The notes below the pieces were generated by a model, which saw only the letters and a list, made by a program, of their open reading frames with translations, did not search any database and was not told where the DNA came from. Below are positions 44,294 to 52,612 of a stretch of 64,000 nucleotides of DNA, piece after piece (the first letter of the stretch is position 1; each line of letters opens with the position of its first letter). Origin of the DNA: an uncultured bacterium. GTDB lineage: Bacteria > Acidobacteriota > Thermoanaerobaculia > Multivoradales > JAHZIX01. The position numbers and the translations under genes are program-made. The stretch spans positions 42,550 to 106,549 of the forward strand of contig CBDUPA010000022.1 of NCBI GenBank assembly GCA_965368975.1. Reading direction: 5' to 3'.

Positions 44294-45529
44294 ATGAGTG
44301 GCTTGCATCGTTTTCGCAATAGTGCCAAGGCTATGGCGCTGACCGCGCCGTCGTTTCAGCAGGTCCGTGACCACGGTCTCGTCGGCCTGAGCGTCGAGAA
44401 CCTCGGTGGTGACCTTCTGCGCGGCGCCGACGGCACCGAGTTCACCAGCTTCTCGTTCTACTCCTACCTCGGGTTGGAGAACCACCCGAAGGTCATCGAG
44501 GGTGCTATCGACGCTTTGCGTCGCGTCGGTATGTTCCGCATGCCGATGTCACGCATGCGCGCCAACTTCGACCTCGTTGAGCAGATCGAGGCTGACCTCT
44601 CCGAGCTGTGGCGCTGTAACCTGGTACTCACCTCGTCGGCCAGCAACGCCGCGCTCGGGGTCCTGCCGCTGATGGCCGCCGGCCTGATTGGTGAGGGCGA
44701 AGCGCCCGTGATGGTGTTCGACGGGCACAGCCACTTCTGCATGAACCTGGCCAAGCCCGTGTGCGCCGACGAGACCGAGGTGCTCACCTGCCCGCACAAC
44801 GACTTCGATTTTCTGGAAGACGTGTGCAAGAAGCACGAGCACGTCGCCTACGTCGGGGACGGCGTCTACAGCATGGGCGGTGCCTCGGCGCTCGATGAAT
44901 TGCTGCGCTTGCAGGACAAGTACGGTCTCTACCTCTACTTCGACGACACCCACTCCGTGTCCCTCTACGGTGAGTTCGGCGAAGGCTTCGTGCGTGCCCG
45001 CACCGAGGACCTGCACGAGCGCACCATCATCGCTGCGTCCCTCGGCAAGGGTTTCGGTGCCTCGGGTGGGGCCATTCTGATGCACCAGCGTCACGCCCAG
45101 GCCCTCTTGACACCTTATGGCGGCCCGGTGGTCTGGTCGCAGAGCCTCAATGTTCCGTCATTGGGCGCCATCGTTGGTTCGATCGAGGTCCACCGCACGC
45201 CCGAGCTAGCTGAGTTGCAGCAGAAGCTGCGTCGCAACATCGAACTCTTCGATCGTCAGATCGGCACACCGCAACAGGGCGGTCCGTTCCCGGTGCGCGT
45301 CATTCGTATCGGTGCCGCCGAGGAAGCCGCCGAGATCTCCGGTGAATTGCTGCGTCGTGGCTTCTACTGCTCCGCCGTCTTCTTCCCGATCGTCGCTCGC
45401 GGCCAGGCAGGCCTCCGCGCCATGCTGCGCGCCAACCAGAGCGAAGAGCAGATCGTCCGCTTCTGCGACACGGTCAAGGACGTGGTGGGAGAAGAGCGGT
45501 TGCAGGAGCTGAGCACGCCGTCTGCCTGA
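44294..45529 (+). CDS. PLP-dependent alpha-oxoamine synthase family protein (KtmB-like), copy 2
   Basis: Clear paralog of 40430-41650: SYLGL, DGVYSMGG, DDTH, SLGKGFG. Confidence 0.85.
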   Translation: MSGLHRFRNSAKAMALTAPSFQQVRDHGLVGLSVENLGGDLLRGADGTEFTSFSFYSYLGLENHPKVIEGAIDALRRVGMFRMPMSRMRANFDLVEQIEADLSELWRCNLVLTSSASNAALGVLPLMAAGLIGEGEAPVMVFDGHSHFCMNLAKPVCADETEVLTCPHNDFDFLEDVCKKHEHVAYVGDGVYSMGGASALDELLRLQDKYGLYLYFDDTHSVSLYGEFGEGFVRARTEDLHERTIIAASLGKGFGASGGAILMHQRHAQALLTPYGGPVVWSQSLNVPSLGAIVGSIEVHRTPELAELQQKLRRNIELFDRQIGTPQQGGPFPVRVIRIGAAEEAAEISGELLRRGFYCSAVFFPIVARGQAGLRAMLRANQSEEQIVRFCDTVKDVVGEERLQELSTPSA

Positions 45530-45657
45530 TCTCCTGCTTGGCCCCCTTTTTTGCCACTTAGCGCGTCTTCATATAGAGAGACATCGAGTCGGAGCCGTCG
45601 TGCCGCAAGTACTTCAAGCGCACGCTCTCCCGCTCGGGCGAAAGGAGGTGAGCGCGA

Positions 45658-45747
45658 ATGAACACGGTTTTGGCGTTGCAGGATCTGAGTGATGGTCGCG
45701 ATGACACGCAGCAGCTGTCGTCGCTGATCAGCCTGAATTGTTGCTGA
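45658..45747 (+). CDS. Class III lanthipeptide precursor (29 aa, not in the ORF track)
   Basis: AAAGGAGGTG RBS; MNTVLALQDLSDGRDDTQQLSSLISLNCC*; LxLQ leader motif and S-x2-S-x2-C core; directly upstream of lanKC. Confidence 0.92.
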   Translation: MNTVLALQDLSDGRDDTQQLSSLISLNCC

Positions 45748-45779
45748 GCTCAGCACCGGCTTGATCTTACGCAAAGACA

Positions 45780-45815
45780 GCTTCGGGCGCTTCGCGTCCG
45801 CGTCGCGCCCGGAGC
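45780..45815 (+). terminator. Stem-loop after the precursor gene
   Basis: GCTTCGGGCGC...GCGCCCGGAGC followed by AGTATTCTTTCT. Confidence 0.55.
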
Positions 45816-45877
45816 AGTATTCTTTCTCGATAGCACAACAGCCCGCTGGCGCTGGGCACTGACCTTTTGGATGCACC

Positions 45878-48583
45878 ATGGCACTCGCGATAGAGCGGCG
45901 ACTGAAGCGCGGCATGTTCGCCTTCACAGTCGTCGATCGAAGATACTTTGAAGATCTCGCACGTTATCAACCGGCCGATCGCACGTTTCAAGACCTGATC
46001 GAGGCTCATCTGCCGCCAGCTTGGAGCTGCCGGCGGGAGGAGATCTGGCTCAAGGTGGTTCCGCCGGAGCGGCCGCTGCCGGCACAGGGGTTCAAGATTC
46101 ACCTCTCGGCCACCTCGCGTTCCAGCCGAGACACTCTGGGGCGGGTACTGCCCCTGCTGCTGGAAGGCGAACTGGCTTTCAAAGTCGTGGCCGACGATTT
46201 TCTGCTCGACTTCTTGAATTCCAAGAACGGCTCTCGATCCTCCTCCGGCAAGTTCATCACCATTTACTTGCCCGAGGCGGAGATCGGACTGGACTTGTTG
46301 CCTCGACTGGAGCAGGAGGTTGGCGAGGCGGCGGCGCCGTACATCTTGACCGACCGGCGCTACGGGGACAGTCGGGCGGTCTTCTATCGCTACGGCGGCA
46401 TCCGACCGCACTTCCGGCTCAATCTCTTCGGTGAGAAGGAGCCACTGCTGCGCCTACCGGACGGCAGCCAGGTCCTCGACGAGCGGGCCCCTGTGTTCAG
46501 CTGTCCACCGGGCATCGAGGATCCGTTTCAGCCGCCGCAGGTCACGAGATCGGAAGCCGCGGACGACACCGATCTGCTGCGGGGACGCTACCGGGTGCTC
46601 GAGGCACTGCAGTTCGCGAACTCCGGGGGAGTCTACGCCGGGATCGACGTTACGACGGGGCAGAAGGTCGTGATCAAAGAGGCGCGGCCCTACGTCAGCG
46701 TGCGTCGCGGCTCGGATCTGGACGCCGTGGCGATCCTGGACAAGGAAGCGCGGGTTCTGGAGCGCTTGCAACCACTGTTGTGCGTGCCTCGCTTGCTCGA
46801 TCGCTTTGAACATTGGGAGCACTCCTTCCTGGTCGAGGAGTACATCGAGGGCCGAACCCTGTCCTCGTACCGAGCCCTCGACGATGTCGGCCTGCTGGTG
46901 CAGCCGCGCCTGACAGCTCAGCGGGTCGCAAGCTTCTGTCGCCGCTTCGCGCGGCTCGGTCTCAATCTGTTGCGGGCTGTGCGCGCGTGTCACGATCTCG
47001 GTGTGCTCCTGGGGGATCTTTCGCCATCGAACGTGCTGGTCGACCTGGAAACCCTGGATGTGACGCTGATCGATTTCGAAGGCGCCTTCCTGGACGGCGA
47101 CCACCGTGGCCAGGAGATGGCGGCGGTGACCGGCGGGTTCGTGTCGCCGCGCCGGATTCAGGGGCAGGCACCGGTGCCCGAGGACGACTACTACTCGCTC
47201 GGGTCCGTCCTCTACAGTCTGATCCTGCCGATCCAGGCCTTCTTCCCCTTGCAGCCGGAGGCGCAGCGGACGATGTACCAGGCGATCGAGCACGATCTCG
47301 ACCTCCCGGCGGAGGTCGGGGCGGGGCTCTTCGCGCTGCTGGACGGTGAGCCGGAGCGGGCGCGTGATCACCTGGAAGCGCTCCTGCGACTGCCGCCGCG
47401 GCCGACGGCCTGGTGCCCACGACCGCTGACGCCACCGGACGCGGCCCTGCAGCAGCAAGCCGAGTGCACCCTGCAAGCGATCGTCCGCGACCTGCAGGCG
47501 TGCGCCGACTTCGAGCGCGACGATCGCCTGTGGCCGGCGGACTACCGCGTCTTCACCACCAATCCGCTCAACCTGGCGTACGGTGCTACCGGTATCGCCC
47601 TGTTCCAGCATGCCGTCACTGGCCGGCTCGACGAACGCGTCAGGGGCTGGTTGTTGCAGCACCTACCGTCGTCCAGGACCTGCCCGCCGGGCTTGTTCGT
47701 GGGCATGGCGGGCATTGCCTGTGGCTTGACCGAGCTCGGACTGCCAGACGCAGCCCGTGATGTCCTGGAGGGGGCCTGGCAGTCGCCGTTGCGCGACGAA
47801 GGTTTCGACCTCTTCTATGGTCTCGCGGGCTTGGGGCTGGCGCATCTGTACTTCTGGCACACCTATCGGGAACCGCGCTTCCTGGCTCGCGCTCGGTACG
47901 CGGCGCAGCGGCTCGAGCAGGCCGCGGTCCAGGCGGACATCGGTTGTTACTGGACCAACGTCGATGGTCACCAGTACTACGGCTATGCCCACGGTGGCAG
48001 TGGTGTCGCGCTCTTCCTGCTGCGCTTGCACGAAGCGACCGGCGACGTGATGCCGCTCGCGCTCGGCCGTCGGGCGCTGGAGCACGAGATGTCGGCGGCG
48101 GTGCGGCGTGAGGGGCAGGCAGGCTGGTGGCGCGCGCCGGACCACCCTCTGCTGTCTCCGTACTGGCGCTACGGGGCCGCGGGAGTCGGTAGCGTGTTGA
48201 TCCGCTACTACCAAGCCTTGGGCGACGAGCGCACCTTGCGTCTGGCCGAGGAGGCCGCCGTCTATGCCGCCTCCCGCTACTCGGTCTACCCAGGCCAGCT
48301 CTTGGGCCTCGCCGGCATGGGCGAGTTCCTACTCGACTTGTTTCTCGCCACCGGCGATTCACGCTATCACCACCAGGCCTGGGACCTGGTGCGAAGTGTG
48401 CTGCACTTTCGGGTCGAGACTCCTCATGGCATCTCGTTTCCGGGTGAGGAGTTGATCCGCTTGAGCACGGACTTCGCCACAGGTAGCGCCGGTATCGGCA
48501 TGTTCTTGGAGCGTTGTTTACGGCCACGGCATCGCTTTCTCCTGGACTTGCCAGCACACAGAAAGGTACCTGGCGATGCTTGA
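45878..48583 (+). CDS. lanKC: Class III lanthionine synthetase (lyase-kinase-cyclase)
   Basis: Lyase QGFKIHLS/SSGKFITIY/TDRRY/FYRYG; kinase NSGGVY/VIKEARP/GDLSPSN/IDFE; cyclase YWRYGAAG/STDFATGSAG lacking the Zn-ligand Cys residues. Confidence 0.93.
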   Translation: MALAIERRLKRGMFAFTVVDRRYFEDLARYQPADRTFQDLIEAHLPPAWSCRREEIWLKVVPPERPLPAQGFKIHLSATSRSSRDTLGRVLPLLLEGELAFKVVADDFLLDFLNSKNGSRSSSGKFITIYLPEAEIGLDLLPRLEQEVGEAAAPYILTDRRYGDSRAVFYRYGGIRPHFRLNLFGEKEPLLRLPDGSQVLDERAPVFSCPPGIEDPFQPPQVTRSEAADDTDLLRGRYRVLEALQFANSGGVYAGIDVTTGQKVVIKEARPYVSVRRGSDLDAVAILDKEARVLERLQPLLCVPRLLDRFEHWEHSFLVEEYIEGRTLSSYRALDDVGLLVQPRLTAQRVASFCRRFARLGLNLLRAVRACHDLGVLLGDLSPSNVLVDLETLDVTLIDFEGAFLDGDHRGQEMAAVTGGFVSPRRIQGQAPVPEDDYYSLGSVLYSLILPIQAFFPLQPEAQRTMYQAIEHDLDLPAEVGAGLFALLDGEPERARDHLEALLRLPPRPTAWCPRPLTPPDAALQQQAECTLQAIVRDLQACADFERDDRLWPADYRVFTTNPLNLAYGATGIALFQHAVTGRLDERVRGWLLQHLPSSRTCPPGLFVGMAGIACGLTELGLPDAARDVLEGAWQSPLRDEGFDLFYGLAGLGLAHLYFWHTYREPRFLARARYAAQRLEQAAVQADIGCYWTNVDGHQYYGYAHGGSGVALFLLRLHEATGDVMPLALGRRALEHEMSAAVRREGQAGWWRAPDHPLLSPYWRYGAAGVGSVLIRYYQALGDERTLRLAEEAAVYAASRYSVYPGQLLGLAGMGEFLLDLFLATGDSRYHHQAWDLVRSVLHFRVETPHGISFPGEELIRLSTDFATGSAGIGMFLERCLRPRHRFLLDLPAHRKVPGDA

Positions 48584-51017
48584 GCAAGGCTTGCGCACCG
48601 GACTACGTCTGATGACTCGGCAGCGAGGTTTCGCCACTGCCTTGATCCTCACACTGGCACTGGGCGTCGGTGGGGTCACGGCTTTCTTCGCCGTGCTCTA
48701 CGGCGCCGCGCTGCGGCCGTTGCCGTACCCTCGGTCCGGCGAGCTCGTCTTGTTCCAGTGGCAAGGGCCTGGAGGGGGGGCTTCCTATGCCACCAGCGAG
48801 GGGCGCTTCCGCGCCTGGCAGGCGCAGCCGTCGCCGTTCGCCGCGCTGGCCGCGCACCAGCTCAAGAGCGCGGGGCAGACCGTTGGAGATCCAGGAGGGG
48901 AGCCACGCTATGTCCAGACGCTGAAGGTCTCGACGAGCTTCTTCGAGACCTTGGCAGTGGCACCTTTCTTGGGCCGGGTGTTCTTGCCGAACGATGGCTA
49001 TGCCGGGGCGTCCTGCTCGGTCGTGGTGGCTCATGACTTTTGGCGCCATGATCTCGCTGAACAATGGCCTGCCGAGGTGCGGGTGGGTGGCGAGCACTGC
49101 CAAGTGGTCGGCGTCATGCCCACGGACTTCCGCTTTGCTCCCGCGGCGCAGCTTTGGGTACCGCAGCGTGCGGGGGGTAGGAGCGAGAGCGGGGCCAACC
49201 TCTATGCCGTTCTGGGACGGCTGGCCGAGGGGTTCGACCGACGCCAGGCAGAAAATGCAGTCAATGCGATGGGGAGAGCCGTTGCGGCCAGCGAGCCGCG
49301 GGTGGCCGAGACGGAGCGAATCCGTCTGCTCAGTCTCGAGGAGCGCTTGCGCGGTGCAGGGCGCGCTCGTCTGTGGCCGTTGGCCCTCGCTGGAGGGCTG
49401 GTGCTGTTCGTTTGCCTGCTCAATCTGTCGCATCTCTTGGTGGCGTACGTCGGGTGCCGCCAGCAGTCCCTCAGCCTGCGGCGGGTGCTCGGAGCTCCTT
49501 GGACGCGCATCGGGACCGGGATTCTCGCCGAACTGACGCTGCCGACGCTGACCGGGATCGGGCTCGGGCTGGTCCTCGCATCCGCGGTCCTGGCGTGGGT
49601 CTCGAAGACGGGCGCTCTGGCACTCTCAGCGGTCGCGGTGGTGTCGTTGGGGTGGGTCGAATTTGCCTTCGCTGCCTGGATCACGGTTCTGTGCATGGGC
49701 TTGGTGGTCACGGTCTTGGTTGTGCGCATGGCTCGACGCGAGAGCTCCTCCGCCTTGCGTCCAGAAGCCGCGCACCGCTCCTGTACTCGCATCGTCGGGC
49801 GGCCGCTGGCTCGCAGACTGGTGGCTATCCAGGTCGCGTGCTCGTTGGCCGTTCTCTTCACGACTTTCTTGTTCTATGGCAACCTGCAGCGTCTCGGCCG
49901 AGTCGATCTGGGGTTCGATACGGCAGGTGTCTGGACCTTTCAGGCTCCACGAGAGGCGGTGGCGTCGACGGCCGGCAACCAACGCTTCACCGAGGCGGTG
50001 ATCGAGCGCTTGCAGCTCCTGCCGGGAGTCACGGCGGTGGCCACGACGACCAGTCTGCCGACAGAACTCGGGCTCAACATTCCCGCGGAAGTCGAGAGCG
50101 GGCAGGTGCTCGACGCGGCTTCCGTCGAGTTACGGGCCGTGAGTCCGGACTACTTCCGAGCCTTGAGTATTCGCATCGAGCAGGGCCGTGGACTGGATCC
50201 CCTCGACCAGGCAGGGACATCGCCGGTCGCCGTGGTCAACGAAGCCTTCCAGCGGCGCTTCTGGGGCCGGGGGCCGGAGAGGGACGCGCCCAGTGCTGTC
50301 GGTCAGCGTCTGCGGTTGGCGCGAGGTCTGGGGCCTCTCAGCGACGCGCCGCGGGAGGTCGTGGGCATCGCGGCGGACGTCCGTACCGCTGGCCCGGCCG
50401 TGCCAGTGCCGGCGATTGTCTATGTGCCTCGGCCGCAGCTGCCAGAGGCCCTCCAGGAGCTGATCGATCAGGCTTTCCCAGTCTCGTTTGTGGTCCGTCT
50501 CGAGAACGAGCGCACCCTCGATCCTCGCCGCGTGCGGGCCCTGGTCCGCGACGTGGAACCCTGGCAGGCGCTCACCGCCCATCGCGGTATGGCTGAGGTG
50601 GTGCAGGGAGCCCTGAGCGGGCACCGGCTCCATGCCCTGCTAGCAGTCTTGTTCGGCTTTTTGGGACTGTCGCTGTCGTCGCTGGGCATCTTCGGGGTCA
50701 CCCATGCTGACGTGGTCCTGCGCACCCGGGAGTTCGGAGTACGTAAGGCCATTGGGGCCTGTGAGAACAGTGTGCTCCGCCTCGTTCTGGGTACAGTCCT
50801 CGGACGGACGCTGGCCGCCATTGTGGTCGGACTACCTCTGTGCGGCGCCGTCTTCCGTGGACTCGGAAGCCTGGTCGTCTTCGACGATGACTGGCTCGCT
50901 GCGCTTGGCGGCGCAGCCTTGTGCGTTCTCGCCGTCGCCGTTCTGGCGGCTGTGGTCCCCGCGTGGCGTGCTGCGCGTCTGGACCCTCTGTGCGCTCTGC
51001 GCTCCGAGGAGAGCTGA
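48576..51017 (+). CDS. ADOP-type duplicated ABC permease (MacB/FtsX x2)
   Basis: GFATALILTLALGVG..LRPLPYP; LGRVF; VVGVMP; DLGFD; VSPDYF; RTREFGVRKAIGA; PAWRAARLDP. Confidence 0.88.
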   Translation: MLEQGLRTGLRLMTRQRGFATALILTLALGVGGVTAFFAVLYGAALRPLPYPRSGELVLFQWQGPGGGASYATSEGRFRAWQAQPSPFAALAAHQLKSAGQTVGDPGGEPRYVQTLKVSTSFFETLAVAPFLGRVFLPNDGYAGASCSVVVAHDFWRHDLAEQWPAEVRVGGEHCQVVGVMPTDFRFAPAAQLWVPQRAGGRSESGANLYAVLGRLAEGFDRRQAENAVNAMGRAVAASEPRVAETERIRLLSLEERLRGAGRARLWPLALAGGLVLFVCLLNLSHLLVAYVGCRQQSLSLRRVLGAPWTRIGTGILAELTLPTLTGIGLGLVLASAVLAWVSKTGALALSAVAVVSLGWVEFAFAAWITVLCMGLVVTVLVVRMARRESSSALRPEAAHRSCTRIVGRPLARRLVAIQVACSLAVLFTTFLFYGNLQRLGRVDLGFDTAGVWTFQAPREAVASTAGNQRFTEAVIERLQLLPGVTAVATTTSLPTELGLNIPAEVESGQVLDAASVELRAVSPDYFRALSIRIEQGRGLDPLDQAGTSPVAVVNEAFQRRFWGRGPERDAPSAVGQRLRLARGLGPLSDAPREVVGIAADVRTAGPAVPVPAIVYVPRPQLPEALQELIDQAFPVSFVVRLENERTLDPRRVRALVRDVEPWQALTAHRGMAEVVQGALSGHRLHALLAVLFGFLGLSLSSLGIFGVTHADVVLRTREFGVRKAIGACENSVLRLVLGTVLGRTLAAIVVGLPLCGAVFRGLGSLVVFDDDWLAALGGAALCVLAVAVLAAVVPAWRAARLDPLCALRSEES

Positions 51018-51030
51018 GAGCGGGGAGGGG

Positions 51031-52545
51031 TTACGACCCCGAGCGCGGGGGCGGTGGCGGCAGCTTCGGTGGCGGTGGTAGGTCGTCTGCTTCGCTCGCC
51101 GCTGGCGGTGGCGGAAGCTCTGGCGCCGCCGGGGCGGCTGGTGGAGGCGCCATCGGAGGGGGAGGTGGTGGCGCCGGTGCCGCTGGGATCGGTGCCGCAG
51201 GAGGTGGTGCCGCAGGAGGCGGTGCCGCAGGAGGCGGTGCAACTGGAGGCGGTGCAACTGGCCGTGCCGCTGGCGGTGCAACCGGCGGCGGACCCAGGCG
51301 GGCTGGACTCGGGCGGGGCCCAGCCGGACGGCGGCGGGTGAGTAGGACGATGACGACGATCAACAGCACCAGGGCTACAACGCCACCGATCAGGAGTCCT
51401 TGCTTGCCGCCGAGCTTGGCCAGCAGGCCGGTGTCGGCCGCGGAGTCCGCGCCGGGGGGTTGGCCGGTGCCGTTGTCGGGCGTCCTCTCTCCGGCTGGGT
51501 CTCCACCCGCTTGAGGTGTCGCCGGATCGAGCGCCTCCGCCTCGGAGCCGGCTGGGTCGGTGGTGCCGTCGGTAGTCGTGCCGTCTTCGCTCCCCGTCAC
51601 GCTTCCATCTGGATCAGGGACGCGGCGGATCGTGTCCGGCATCACGCGGATGGTCGGCGGTTCTGCCGGGGGGATTGTCGGTGGGGGTGGTGAGCTGCGC
51701 GGAGCTCGACGGTTCGGGGGAGGTGGGCTCGCGGGTGGCACAGTGACCGGCGGCGGTGACGGCTGAGATTCCGAGCGGTTCGGTCGACGCGCGGGTGGTT
51801 GGGCAGTCCCGGACCCGGACGAAGACGTCGTTCCCTGCCGGCGATCACGGCTGGCCGTGGCGGCGAAGGCTTCGAGGTCGGGCGCGGCTTCTTCCAGGAT
51901 GCGGTCGAGCAGTTCCCGGTGGCGCTTGCGGCGGAAGGCCGAGAAGACGCTGTCGGAATCGAGAGGGTTGTCGAGGGCCTCGCTGCGGCTCTCGTCGCGG
52001 TCGTCACGGTTCCAGGTCCGTTCGTAGCGGCGACGGAAGATGTAGTCAGCGCTGGCGGTCTCGATAACCAGGATCTCCAGGGTCATGCGCTGCTCCCGCC
52101 GCTGGTGACGGTAGCCGCGCACGATGCCGGTGAGCACGTAGGGCACGCCCAGCCGCTGGCCCAGGCGTGCGCCCAGGCTGGGATCGACGGCCACGCGCTC
52201 GGCCGGGATGCCCAGTTCCGCCAACGCGCTGCGGACCGCGGTCCGACTCGCTGGCACCATGCTGTCGAGCTGCGACAAGGTGCTGTGCAGCGCTGCCTCG
52301 CTGTGCTCTTCGAGGTCGGACAAGCTCTCCCCGGAAGCGTTGACGATCTCGACGACCGCCACCTGGATCTGCGCCGCTGCCGGTGCTGCTGCTAGAAGCG
52401 CTGCCAGCAGCACAGCCAGCCCAGTCGAGACCAACAAAGCGAGCAGGCTGAGGGTCGAAGGATGCAGAGTGCCCCTCCGAGGCGTGAGGATCCGGGGTGT
52501 CCCCGGTGCTGGCGGTTCCGGTGGTGAAGGGGCCAGATGGAACAT
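51031..52545 (-). CDS. Exported CsgG/FlgO-like domain protein with a TM anchor and Pro-rich regions
   Basis: Signal peptide; QVAVVEIVN...LGQRLGVPYVLTGIV; TM LLIGGVVALVLLIVVIVLL; poly-Pro tail. Confidence 0.6.
   Translation of the reverse strand: MFHLAPSPPEPPAPGTPRILTPRRGTLHPSTLSLLALLVSTGLAVLLAALLAAAPAAAQIQVAVVEIVNASGESLSDLEEHSEAALHSTLSQLDSMVPASRTAVRSALAELGIPAERVAVDPSLGARLGQRLGVPYVLTGIVRGYRHQRREQRMTLEILVIETASADYIFRRRYERTWNRDDRDESRSEALDNPLDSDSVFSAFRRKRHRELLDRILEEAAPDLEAFAATASRDRRQGTTSSSGSGTAQPPARRPNRSESQPSPPPVTVPPASPPPPNRRAPRSSPPPPTIPPAEPPTIRVMPDTIRRVPDPDGSVTGSEDGTTTDGTTDPAGSEAEALDPATPQAGGDPAGERTPDNGTGQPPGADSAADTGLLAKLGGKQGLLIGGVVALVLLIVVIVLLTRRRPAGPRPSPARLGPPPVAPPAARPVAPPPVAPPPAAPPPAAPPPAAPIPAAPAPPPPPPMAPPPAAPAAPELPPPPAASEADDLPPPPKLPPPPPRSGS
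51191..51261. repeat. 15-bp coding tandem repeat (AAPPP/VAPPP)
   Basis: GGTGCCGCAGGAGGY x3, then GGTGCAACTGGAGGC and a partial copy. Confidence 0.8.
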
Positions 52546-52612
52546 GCGCGCGAACTCCCTGGATGTCGAGAGAGCCGCCGGAGGTTCACTCCGGCGGCAA
52601 GGTAACGGGATC

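Noticed and set aside
45539-45555. Sigma54 promoter before the precursor (TGGCCCCC...TTGC)
   Set aside because: GG-to-GC spacing is 11 nt rather than the required 10
45878-48583. Class IV LanL or a plain Ser/Thr kinase
   Set aside because: A lyase domain is present and the cyclase lacks the Zn-ligand WCxG/CHG motifs, which fits class III
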